DNA of 64,000 nucleotides from Smithella sp. M82 (GCA_001683985.1 MAEO01000003.1:5505-69504); one strand, 5' to 3'. Numbered from the stretch's first letter, positions 37,337-45,442 are shown. Program-made: numbers and translations. Notes: a model not told the origin generated them from the sequence alone.

Positions 37337-38065
37337 ATGAAAGGAGTTGTTCTTGCCGGCGGATTGGGCAGCAGACTTTATCCACTGACAAAAGTAACCA
37401 ACAAACATTTGCTGCCGGTATATAACGAACCGATGATTTATTATCCCATCAGAACACTGGTCAATGCCGGAATTGAAGAAATAATAATTGTTACCGGCGG
37501 GAATAATGCCGGTGATTTTTTGCGACTTTTGGAAAACGGCAGGGACTTTGGACTTAAGCATATCAATTATACTTATCAGCAGGGAGAAGGCGGAATTGCT
37601 GCAGCGTTGGGTTTGGCCGAACATTTTGCCGATCAAGAAAAGATAGTTGTAGTATTGGGGGATAACATTATAGAAACTAATATCAGAGCGGCAGTGGATG
37701 AGTTTAGTAAACAAAAAGACGGAGCACGAATATTATTGAAGGAAGTCACGGATCCGCAGAGATTCGGTGTCCCGGTTTTCGAAGGGAAGAAAATTATTCG
37801 TGTGGAAGAAAAACCGGTCCATCCTGCTTCCAATTATGCTGTAATTGGTATTTACATGTATGATCACAGAGTTTTTGAGTTTATCAGATCGTTAAAACCT
37901 TCGGAGCGCGGCGAGTTGGAAATTACCGATGTAAATAATTTTTACATCAGAGAAGGAAAAATGCAATGGGATGTATTGGAAGGTTGGTGGTCGGATGCCG
38001 GAACTTTTGAATCCTTGCAATCCGCGGGTATTATGGTGGCAAAAACAGGAGCAAACAAAATATGA
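37337..38065 (+). CDS. Glucose-1-phosphate thymidylyltransferase-like sugar nucleotidyltransferase (short form, SpsI-like)
   Basis: 242-aa ORF with MKGVVLAGGLGSRLYPLT, the GGxGxRL signature, and EKP...YAVIGIY. Confidence 0.85.
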   Translation: MKGVVLAGGLGSRLYPLTKVTNKHLLPVYNEPMIYYPIRTLVNAGIEEIIIVTGGNNAGDFLRLLENGRDFGLKHINYTYQQGEGGIAAALGLAEHFADQEKIVVVLGDNIIETNIRAAVDEFSKQKDGARILLKEVTDPQRFGVPVFEGKKIIRVEEKPVHPASNYAVIGIYMYDHRVFEFIRSLKPSERGELEITDVNNFYIREGKMQWDVLEGWWSDAGTFESLQSAGIMVAKTGANKI

Positions 38066-38517
38066 TTGAAGGCGTAAAAGTAAAAAAGCTGAAAGTAATT
38101 CCTGATGAACGCGGCCGATTAATGGAAATCATGCGCTCCGATGATGATTTTTTTCAGAAATTTGGACAGGCATATATGACCACCGCCTATCCGGGAGTTG
38201 TCAAAGGCTGGCACTATCATAAAAAGCAGTCTGACAACATGGCGGTAGTCAGAGGAATGATGAAAATAGTCCTTTATGATGGCCGGAAAGATTCGACTAC
38301 CTTTGGCGAGATTAACGAAATATTTGCCGGTTGCCATAATCCTGTTTTAGTTCATATTCCGCCGTTTGTTTATCACGGTTTTAAATGCATTTCCGAAGAA
38401 GAAGCAATAGTTATCAATATACCGACAGAACTTTATAATTACAGTGAACCGGACGAGTATCGTCTGCCTCCACATGGCAGTGAAATAAAATATGATTGGG
38501 GAAGAAAAGACGGATAG
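38062..38517 (+). CDS. dTDP-4-dehydrorhamnose 3,5-epimerase-like cupin (short form, SpsL-like)
   Basis: 151-aa ORF whose start overlaps the upstream stop by 4 nt. It has DERGRLMEI and KGWHYHKKQ, typical of the RmlC-like cupin fold. Confidence 0.8.
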   Translation: MIEGVKVKKLKVIPDERGRLMEIMRSDDDFFQKFGQAYMTTAYPGVVKGWHYHKKQSDNMAVVRGMMKIVLYDGRKDSTTFGEINEIFAGCHNPVLVHIPPFVYHGFKCISEEEAIVINIPTELYNYSEPDEYRLPPHGSEIKYDWGRKDG

Positions 38518-38538
38518 TTTTAATATAGAGATATTCTC

Positions 38539-38565
38539 TTGACTTTGGTTTTAGATTTTTATAAC
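38539..38565 (+). promoter_or_regulatory. Candidate promoter ahead of the riboswitch (TTGACT ... TATAAC)
   Basis: TTGACT lies at 38539-38544 and TATAAC at 38560-38565. The 15-nt spacer is short, so this call is weak. Confidence 0.3.
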
Positions 38566-38577
38566 GTTCCCACGAAG

Positions 38578-38668
38578 CTTGAGAAAGGCAAACCGTACTG
38601 AAAAGACGGGACGCAAAGTTACTGACCTAAGTCTTCATGGCAGGATAGGGTGGCAGAACCGCCGGGCA
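38578..38668 (+). ncRNA. c-di-GMP-I (GEMM-I) class riboswitch candidate
   Basis: The region carries AAAGGCAAACC (38584-38594) and a hairpin at 38593-38609 closed by a GAAA tetraloop (38600-38603). GACGCAAAG follows at 38610-38618, then a CCUAAG...AUGG tetraloop-receptor-like motif (38626-38640) and AGGGUGGCAGAACC. All are colinear with my memory of the Vibrio Vc2 aptamer. It sits in a 230-nt leader upstream of pilD. Confidence 0.8.
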
Positions 38669-38748
38669 ACTTTTAAAGTCGTCCAGCAATACTGCATATA
38701 TCCCCCCACACATAATTATATCTTAAAATTAAGCGGAGAATTGTTCGT

Positions 38749-39510
38749 ATGTTTATGAACGTTGTCGTTTTTGTTTTTGGTGCGGTTATTGGAAGTTTTT
38801 TAAATGTCTGTATATTTCGATTGCCGGCCAAAATGTCGATTGTGAAACCAAGCTCGCAATGTCCCCAATGTCATCATCCTATTCGTTGGTATGACAACAT
38901 TCCCCTGGTAAGTTTCATTTTTTTGCAGGGGGTATGCCGCTATTGCAACAAAGCGATTTCCTGGCGGTATCCATTGGTGGAATTGATAACGGCTGTTCTT
39001 GCACTTTTATTATTCATAAAATTCGGTCTTTCATTAAAATTCCTTGTCTTTTTCATTTTTATTGCAGTTTTAGTTGTTATTACATTCATCGATCTCGATC
39101 ATCAGATTATTCCCGATATTTTAACATTACCAGGCATACCGATATTCTTTGTCGCAGCAGTTTTCCTGGCGGAAGTACACTGGCTGGATGCTTTGCTGGG
39201 TCTATTGATAGGAGGAGGAATTCTTTTCCTGATTGCCGTGGTTTATGAATTAATAACCAAGCGCGAAGGAATGGGTGGAGGTGACATTAAGCTCCTGGCA
39301 ATGATCGGTGGATTTTTGGGATGGAAATCTCTTCTTTTCATCCTCATGGCAAGTTCCTTTCTGGGGGCTGTGGTTGGCATTTCTCTAATGATTACAAAAG
39401 GAAAAGATATGAAGTATGCCGTTCCTTTTGGGCCGTTTCTGTCCCTAGCGGGGGTTGCATATATATTTTTCGGGGATGCATTCATAACGATATTTATCTT
39501 CAGATATTGA
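38749..39510 (+). CDS. pilD: Type IV prepilin peptidase / N-methyltransferase (peptidase A24)
   Basis: 253-aa ORF with the N-terminal Cys motif CPQCHH...CRYC and the two catalytic Asp regions FIDLDHQIIPD and GGGDIKLLA. Confidence 0.93.
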   Translation: MFMNVVVFVFGAVIGSFLNVCIFRLPAKMSIVKPSSQCPQCHHPIRWYDNIPLVSFIFLQGVCRYCNKAISWRYPLVELITAVLALLLFIKFGLSLKFLVFFIFIAVLVVITFIDLDHQIIPDILTLPGIPIFFVAAVFLAEVHWLDALLGLLIGGGILFLIAVVYELITKREGMGGGDIKLLAMIGGFLGWKSLLFILMASSFLGAVVGISLMITKGKDMKYAVPFGPFLSLAGVAYIFFGDAFITIFIFRY

Positions 39511-39518
39511 AATCAAGG

Positions 39519-39563
39519 TGGCATAAAATCCTGCATTGTGCGGGGAAATAACCAATTTTGCCA
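39519..39563 (+). other. Stem-loop in the pilD-fimT intergenic region
   Basis: TGGCATAAAAT (39519-39529) pairs with AATTTTGCCA (39554-39563) over 10 bp with one bulge. It encloses a smaller CCTGC/GCGGG helix. No U-run follows. Confidence 0.35.
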
Positions 39564-39696
39564 TGAAAAATAATCACAGGAGAACAGCAAATAATTCATG
39601 ATTGATATTTACCAATCAAATCCATCCTCATTAGTCTATGGCTGGCATGTACAAGTTTCCTTGTCAGTACAATATTTGCTCTCTTCCACTTAGGAG

Positions 39697-40152
39697 ATGG
39701 AAATGGGCTTCCCTTCAAAAAAAGGCTTTACGCTCGTAGAATTGATGATTGTCATTACCGTCATGGCTTTGCTTTTTGCCATAGGTGCGCCGACATTCCA
39801 GACCTATAGGACCCAAAGCCGGCTAAAAGGAGCCACCCGGCAGGTGGCCTCCGATCTCATGGCAGCAAGAATGCAGGCTATCAAAGAAAACAATAGATTC
39901 AAGGTATCTCTTATAAACAACCATCAGTACACCATATTAGACGACAATAATAATAATGGAGCGGCCGATTCGGGAGAAGCAACGCAAACGAGCGATATCC
40001 AGATTGAGTATTATGACGTAACGATGATTTCCAATAACAGCCCCATATTTCTGCCAAACGGTACGGCTGCAAACATGGCAACGATTACCCTTACCAATCC
40101 AGCGGGCTCACGAAATGTTACAGTGGCCATTACAGGACGAGTAAAGACTTGA
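39697..40152 (+). CDS. Type IV minor pilin / pseudopilin, FimT/GspH-like
   Basis: 151-aa ORF with the class III signal KKGFTLVELMIVITVMALL (G/F cleavage site, E at +5) and a GspH-type region (ATRQVASDLMAARMQAI). Confidence 0.8.
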   Translation: MEMGFPSKKGFTLVELMIVITVMALLFAIGAPTFQTYRTQSRLKGATRQVASDLMAARMQAIKENNRFKVSLINNHQYTILDDNNNNGAADSGEATQTSDIQIEYYDVTMISNNSPIFLPNGTAANMATITLTNPAGSRNVTVAITGRVKT

Positions 40153-40192
40153 ACCCCTAATCATTTTCAATAATTGCATGATGGTGATTAAA

Positions 40193-40558
40193 ATGACGAA
40201 AATTCGCAATCGTGGCTTTACTTTGATCGAGGTGCTTATTGCTATCGCTGTCCTTGCGATTGCGCTTCTGGCTCTTGTGAGCGTAACAGTATCGGTTATT
40301 AATAGCAATATGTTTAGCAGGATGACGACAACTGCAATAACCCTAGCCGCAGATAAAGTGGAAGAGCTGAAGAATATCCCTTATGCTAATTTAACCTCCG
40401 GTGGACCGCAAAATCTTACAGAAGGGAATTACACTTACACAAGAAAATGGCAGGTATTACCGGACACCGGCATGAAAACGATTACCGTAACGGTCACCTG
40501 GCGTTGGCGGGGTCAGTCGCATATTGCTTCCCTTTCAACAATTCTGTCCGAAAGATAA
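40193..40558 (+). CDS. Type IV minor pilin, PilV/GspI-like
   Basis: The start is set to the ATG at 40193 (MTKIRNRGFTLIEVLIAIAVLAI), giving a prepilin signal with E at +5. Confidence 0.8.
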   Translation: MTKIRNRGFTLIEVLIAIAVLAIALLALVSVTVSVINSNMFSRMTTTAITLAADKVEELKNIPYANLTSGGPQNLTEGNYTYTRKWQVLPDTGMKTITVTVTWRWRGQSHIASLSTILSER

Positions 40559-40565
40559 TGGAGTT

Positions 40566-41204
40566 ATGAAAATGCATCCCTTAGATGAGATATGCCACAT
40601 AAAAAAAGAAAAACGGCAGAAACAGACTAATACCTGTGGTTTTACCCTTGTTGAGATACTTATCGCCATGGCTATCGGTTTAATTGTGTTGGCGGCCGTT
40701 TACGGTGTATTCACCTTGCAGAACAAAAAATTAAAAACCCAGGAACAAATTGTGGAAATGCAACAGAGCGCCCGTGTTGCCATGGACATGATGACACGCG
40801 AAATCAGAATGGCGGGATACGATTCTTTGGGAACGTCAAACGCAGGCATCACCAGCGCGACGGCAAATTCCATCAATTTTACCATGGACTTGAATGCCGA
40901 TGGTGATACGACAGATTCAAATGAAAATGTCACTTACTCGCTTTACACTTCGGGTGGTATTCAGAAATTGGGCCGAACAACCGGCGGGGGGGCCGTACAG
41001 CCAGTGGCCGAATACATCAAGGCGCTGACTTTTAATTACTATGATGCAACTGGAGCCGTTACCGCAACATTAGCCAACATTCGTAAAATAAAAATTACGG
41101 TAACTGCCCGTACAGCCCTTCCGGACCCCGAATATACGGCCAACGGCGGTTATCGGACCATCACGCTTACCTCTCAGGTAACACCGAGAAACCTCGCTTA
41201 TTGA
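40566..41204 (+). CDS. Type IV minor pilin, PilW/GspJ-like
   Basis: The start is set to the ATG at 40566 after GGAG. It has the prepilin signal CGFTLVEILIAMAIGLIVL followed by ARVAMDMMTREIRMAGY, typical of PilW. Confidence 0.8.
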   Translation: MKMHPLDEICHIKKEKRQKQTNTCGFTLVEILIAMAIGLIVLAAVYGVFTLQNKKLKTQEQIVEMQQSARVAMDMMTREIRMAGYDSLGTSNAGITSATANSINFTMDLNADGDTTDSNENVTYSLYTSGGIQKLGRTTGGGAVQPVAEYIKALTFNYYDATGAVTATLANIRKIKITVTARTALPDPEYTANGGYRTITLTSQVTPRNLAY

Positions 41205-41215
41205 GGAGACCGTCC

Positions 41216-42424
41216 ATGAGACTCATTAAAAAAGAAAAAGGCATCGTGCTGGTCGTCGTCATGGCGCTTATCGCCACTCTGGTCGCCTTGGGCACAACAG
41301 CGTTCATTATAAGCACCACTGATATAAGAATCAGCGCCAATTACAAGTCAAACAATCAGGCTTTTTATGCGGCGGAAGCAGGCATCGAAGAAGCGAGGGC
41401 CAGAATGAAGGGAGATGCCACCAATCCCATTGTGGACACTCACCCAACGCAATCCGGCTGGGCCGCTTTTATCGGCACCACGGCTGACGCTACGAACAAA
41501 GGTTACAACAGCGGCAATACCATGCACACGCGAGTATCCAGTCTCCAGAGCGCGCTAAACTACACCGTAAAAATCGTACACCAAACAGATGCTTCCGGCA
41601 ATTTGTTATATTGGGGAGATGCAAATGGCGATGGAGTGAATGAAAGAACCACAACCAACACAGGGCTGAATGTTTATCTGGTAACCAGTTACGGCGCCGC
41701 TCCAGGAGGGGCAAACAAGACGATAGCAATCGAAATGGCAAGAACTCCGCCTATCACCGTGCCTTCTCCTCTCTATGTGGAAGCGACCACCACCATTCAG
41801 GGATCGAGCGCCTTTCTCATCGGCATCGATCAATGCGGAAGCTCCCATAAACCGGGACTCGTGACCACACTGGAATCAGGATCGGTCACATTAAACGGCA
41901 ATCCAAGTATCACAGGTGTGGGCGGAGCAGCGCCCAACATCACATATAATGCCACTAATATGGATGTTCAGGCCATGATTGATTCTATAAAAGGTTCCGC
42001 AAATTTTTCGCATAACGTTACCAGTGATACCTTTACTGGAGACCAGGGCTGGGGCGTTCCGACCCCTGGGGAAACATTGCAATATCCCTCCTCATGCAGT
42101 TTGCGCAATGTTGTTTATATCAACACAAACGGAACGGAAGTAAAATTGCACGGTGGAGTGTCCGGATGCGGTATCCTTCTCGTCGAAGGAGATCTACGCA
42201 TTAACGGTGGTTTCAATTGGTACGGCATTATTCTTGTTTCGGGCGCCATCACCTTCACGGGAGGCGGCGATAAGAATATAACCGGCGGGGCGCTGGCGGA
42301 GGCGTCCGCCGATGCCGATCTTGTCGGCGGCAATGCCAACATTGTGTATTGCTCTACAGCCGTCAGTAGCCAAACACAAAACCGGCCATTACAAATCTTA
42401 TCCTGGGCAGATAAAACAATGTGA
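41216..42424 (+). CDS. PilX/GspK-like pilus assembly protein
   Basis: The start is set to the ATG at 41216 after GAGGAG. It has a hydrophobic N-terminus without E at +5 (KGIVLVVVMALIATLV) and the PilX_N-like segment SNNQAFYAAEAGIEEARARM. A large Gly-rich C-terminal region follows. Confidence 0.75.
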   Translation: MRLIKKEKGIVLVVVMALIATLVALGTTAFIISTTDIRISANYKSNNQAFYAAEAGIEEARARMKGDATNPIVDTHPTQSGWAAFIGTTADATNKGYNSGNTMHTRVSSLQSALNYTVKIVHQTDASGNLLYWGDANGDGVNERTTTNTGLNVYLVTSYGAAPGGANKTIAIEMARTPPITVPSPLYVEATTTIQGSSAFLIGIDQCGSSHKPGLVTTLESGSVTLNGNPSITGVGGAAPNITYNATNMDVQAMIDSIKGSANFSHNVTSDTFTGDQGWGVPTPGETLQYPSSCSLRNVVYINTNGTEVKLHGGVSGCGILLVEGDLRINGGFNWYGIILVSGAITFTGGGDKNITGGALAEASADADLVGGNANIVYCSTAVSSQTQNRPLQILSWADKTM

Positions 42425-42696
42425 TGGTGTCACACGCCAGATACAGCTATTTTTTCCACCAATCTTCGGGAAGTTGTCCTTTGTTCATCTCCTTTACCTT
42501 ATCGGTAATATTATAGAGGTTCTTTTTCATTTTTTTAATAAAACAGCATATTTTACTATATACAGTGCAGTCACCTGCAATGCTAAAATTTACGGCTTAA
42601 CGTAAACTGCTAATTTATCACCAATGGGCGTGCGATATTGGAGAGACCTACGATTACAATAATGTGCTCTGTATTTTTATAAATGCTTAAAACTGC

Positions 42697-42725
42697 TTGA
42701 CATAAAGTAATTCTATTTTTATATA
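42697..42725 (+). promoter_or_regulatory. Near-consensus sigma70-type promoter (TTGACA, 17-nt spacer, TATATA)
   Basis: TTGACA lies at 42697-42702 and TATATA at 42720-42725, about 30 nt upstream of the small Cys-rich ORF. Confidence 0.45.
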
Positions 42726-42756
42726 TAAACAAATTTATCAATAAGGATTTCTTTAT

Positions 42757-42930
42757 ATGAGTGAAAGAAAATACTGCGCTATATGCGCATGGAGAGCCAA
42801 TTGCCAAAAAAGATTCAGCGTCTCGACGGATGCCCAGGGATTCGTGCATTGTCCTGATTATTCCCGCGATATGTCCATTAAGGACAATGAGATCGACGAA
42901 GCTTTGAAAAGTGATCAGCAAGCTTCATAA
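42757..42930 (+). CDS. 57-aa four-Cys small protein (not in the ORF track)
   Basis: My own translation is MSERKYCAICAWRANCQKRFSVSTDAQGFVHCPDYSRDMSIKDNEIDEALKSDQQAS, with stop TAA at 42928-42930. It is bracketed by a promoter-like sequence and a strong terminator. AAGGA lies about 8 nt upstream of the ATG. Confidence 0.55.
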   Translation: MSERKYCAICAWRANCQKRFSVSTDAQGFVHCPDYSRDMSIKDNEIDEALKSDQQAS

Positions 42931-42953
42931 TGAGTAACAGTTCAACTTGCAGT

Positions 42954-42996
42954 GACAAGCAGTAAATGATATTTAAAACTGCTTGTCATTTTTTTT
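42954..42996 (+). terminator. Rho-independent terminator or attenuator immediately upstream of argS
   Basis: GACAAGCAGT (42954-42963) pairs perfectly with ACTGCTTGTC (42978-42987) over 10 bp. An A and then eight T residues (42989-42996) follow. The argS ATG is at 43016. Confidence 0.7.
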
Positions 42997-43015
42997 ATAA
43001 AACGTGGGTAAAATT

Positions 43016-44680
43016 ATGAAGAATGTAATTATTAATATGCTGGAAAAAGCTCTAAAAGTTTCGGTTCAAAAAGGGCAGCTTTCTGAATTTTCTCTTCCTT
43101 ATCTGGAACTAGAGCCACCGGCAAATCCCGAACACGGAGATTACGCTGCAAATACAGCGATGATTCTGGCTGCCCAAATCAAACAGAATCCTCGTAAAAT
43201 TGCGCAGATAATTCAGGAAAATATTTCCGATACGGAAAATATTGTTGAAAAAATACAAATAGCGGGTCCCGGCTTTATAAATTTTTTTATTAAAGACGAT
43301 GTCTGGAAGCGGACTTTGAAAAAAATTAACGAGCAGAACGGGAAATATGGAGAAACGGATTATGGCGCCGGTCGAAGAGTTCAGGTGGAATTTGTCAGCG
43401 CCAATCCGACCGGACCTCTGCATATCGGCCATGCCCGCGGAGCTGTTGTCGGCGATGTAATCAGCAATTTGCTGAAAACATCCGGTTATAAAGTTGCCAA
43501 AGAGTATTACATAAATGATGCGGGCAATCAGATGAATAATTTAGGTAAATCCGTCCTGCTTCGTTATAGAGAGCTGCTGGGTGAAAAGATCGACTTTCCG
43601 GAATCATGTTATCGCGGCGAATATATCAAAGATATTGCCGGTAAAATTATTAAAGACGAAGGAGAAAAATATCTTAATACTGATGAATTATCTGCAATAA
43701 ACTATTTTACATCCATAGCAGGGCGGGTAATTCTGGAAGAAATTAAAGCTGATTTGAAAGATTTTGGCGTGGTCTTTGACGAATATTTCAGCGAAAAGGA
43801 ATTATACAAAAACGATGGCGTGACCAAACTTCTGGATAAATTGCAGAAGAAGGGATTTGTTTATTCGGATGGCGAGACATTGTGGTTTAAAACAACTGAT
43901 TTCGGTGACGAAAAAGACAGGGTTGTCGTACGTAAGAACGGCGAACCGACTTATTTTGCCGCTGATATCGCCTATCACCAGAATAAATTTGACCGCGGAT
44001 TCGAAACAGTTATTGATATCTGGGGCGCAGATCATCACGGTTACATGCCGCGTATGCGGGCAGGAATTCAGGCGCTGGGTCATAATAAAGAATCTTTAAA
44101 AATAATTCTTGTTCAACTGGTAAATTTACTGCGGGGCGGGGTTCCGGCGGCAATGTCCACGAGATCCGGTGAATTTGTAACTCTGCGGGAAGTGCTTGAC
44201 GAAGTGGGCAGAGACGCAGCCCGCTATAATTTTCTCATGCGCCGATCCGACAGCCATCTCGATTTCGATCTGGAAGTGGCTAAAAAACAATCCAATGAAA
44301 ATCCCGTCTATTATGTGCAATATGCCCATGCGAGAATTTGCAGCATTTTGAAAATGGCACAGGAGCGAGGCATTGATATGCCGGCATACATAGATACGGA
44401 TCTCTCTCTTTTAAATGAACCGGAAGAAAAATCGTTAATCAAAATGCTGGTGCGTTATCCGGAAACTGTCCATGGAGCCGCAAAATCATTGGAACCTCAC
44501 CGCATTCCGTTTTACTTAAATGAATTAGCCGGAGTTTTCCATAGCTATTATAATAAAAATAAAGTAATTTCAGAAGACAATCGGTTGACTGCGGCAAGAT
44601 TGTTTCTGATAATGATGATCAGAATCGTTTTGGAAAATGCTTTAGATATTTTAGGTGTAAGCGCACCGCAAAAAATGTGA
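43016..44680 (+). CDS. argS: Arginine--tRNA ligase
   Basis: About 554 aa from the ATG at 43016 (the track uses GTG at 43004). Motifs are [15 protein letters not shown] (HIGH), MSTRSG and a C-terminal DALR anticodon-binding region. Confidence 0.96.
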   Translation: MKNVIINMLEKALKVSVQKGQLSEFSLPYLELEPPANPEHGDYAANTAMILAAQIKQNPRKIAQIIQENISDTENIVEKIQIAGPGFINFFIKDDVWKRTLKKINEQNGKYGETDYGAGRRVQVEFVSANPTGPLHIGHARGAVVGDVISNLLKTSGYKVAKEYYINDAGNQMNNLGKSVLLRYRELLGEKIDFPESCYRGEYIKDIAGKIIKDEGEKYLNTDELSAINYFTSIAGRVILEEIKADLKDFGVVFDEYFSEKELYKNDGVTKLLDKLQKKGFVYSDGETLWFKTTDFGDEKDRVVVRKNGEPTYFAADIAYHQNKFDRGFETVIDIWGADHHGYMPRMRAGIQALGHNKESLKIILVQLVNLLRGGVPAAMSTRSGEFVTLREVLDEVGRDAARYNFLMRRSDSHLDFDLEVAKKQSNENPVYYVQYAHARICSILKMAQERGIDMPAYIDTDLSLLNEPEEKSLIKMLVRYPETVHGAAKSLEPHRIPFYLNELAGVFHSYYNKNKVISEDNRLTAARLFLIMMIRIVLENALDILGVSAPQKM

Positions 44681-44700
44681 AAAAATATAATACAGAATAA

Positions 44701-45402
44701 ATGAGTGCCGGAAATATCAAAAACTTTGAATTAAAAGTAGGAAGGGCGGGAATAATAACTGTCGTTATCGGAATGGCGGTTCTTCTGTGTGCAGCTTTTT
44801 TATTCGGAGTTGAGGTAGGCAAGAATATTGATGTTTATCCTGAGAAAATTGCCGCATTTCCTCAGAAAATGTTGGCATTGGTTTGGCGACCGGCCAAAAT
44901 AAAGGATATACAAAAGACATCGGAAAATAAAACTCAGGCACAGGAGGATATCGATTTAACTTTTTATAGCGCCCTGACCGGTAAAAAAGGATCAATCAAC
45001 GAAGATTTTATTCCGGATAAACAGTCAAATTTTTCAGAAACACAAGTCGGTAGTTATAATGTAGAAGCGGCGATTCCCCAATCGGCGGCAGGTGAAGAAA
45101 GTAATGAAAAGGAGAAGCCCAAAGGAAAGGAAACAACAACGTCACATGTTTCCAGTAATCAAAAATTTATAGTTCAAGTAATGTCTTTGAAAGAAAAAAA
45201 TACAGCAGATAAGATTGTTAAAAAAATAGATGCGTTAGGTTTTACGTCACAAGTGATCAAGATTGAAAATAAGAAGAAGGAAACTTTATATAGAGTTATT
45301 ATTCCGGATTTTGAAAATAAAGCTCAAGCACAGAAAGCTGTCCGGAAGATATCTCAAAAAACAGGCATTAATTGTATTATTAGATCAAGTGACAGGGAAT
45401 AA
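44701..45402 (+). CDS. SPOR-domain membrane protein
   Basis: 233-aa ORF with one N-terminal TM helix, a low-complexity linker and a C-terminal SPOR-like fold (FIVQVMSLKEKNTADKIVKKIDALGF...YRVIIPDFENKAQAQKA). Confidence 0.8.
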   Translation: MSAGNIKNFELKVGRAGIITVVIGMAVLLCAAFLFGVEVGKNIDVYPEKIAAFPQKMLALVWRPAKIKDIQKTSENKTQAQEDIDLTFYSALTGKKGSINEDFIPDKQSNFSETQVGSYNVEAAIPQSAAGEESNEKEKPKGKETTTSHVSSNQKFIVQVMSLKEKNTADKIVKKIDALGFTSQVIKIENKKKETLYRVIIPDFENKAQAQKAVRKISQKTGINCIIRSSDRE

Positions 45403-45442
45403 CAGGGAAACTTTAAATACATGAGGTCAAGGTTATTTGGTT

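Noticed and set aside
37319-37714. 131-aa minus-strand ORF overlapping the rmlA-like gene; similarly 38934..39248 inside pilD and 2946..3338 inside miaA
   Set aside because: They are antisense or off-frame to genes with clear family signatures and have no independent support.
39640-39696. Sigma54-type promoter ahead of the first pilin gene (CTGGCATGTACAAGTTTCC)
   Set aside because: The TGGCAT is followed at the -12 position by AGTTT rather than TTGC(A/T), so the GG-N10-GC spacing is not satisfied.
42447-42530. 27-aa minus-strand mini-ORF (MKKNLYNITDKVKEMNKGQLPEDWWKK) considered as a small protein or toxin gene
   Set aside because: It has no Shine-Dalgarno sequence, no hydrophobic segment (so it is not a type I toxin) and no support beyond being open. 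It is mentioned under the orphan-region finding only.
42610-42921. 103-aa minus-strand ORF from the track
   Set aside because: It is antisense to the promoter/ORF/terminator unit on the plus strand. It has no ribosome-binding site, a low-complexity hydrophobic composition typical of A+T-rich antisense frames, and no recognisable motif.
42983-43014. Possible argS promoter overlapping the terminator (TTGTCA ... TAAAAT)
   Set aside because: The spacer would be 20 nt, and the -10 box would end 1 nt before the ATG. That would require an implausibly positioned leaderless start.
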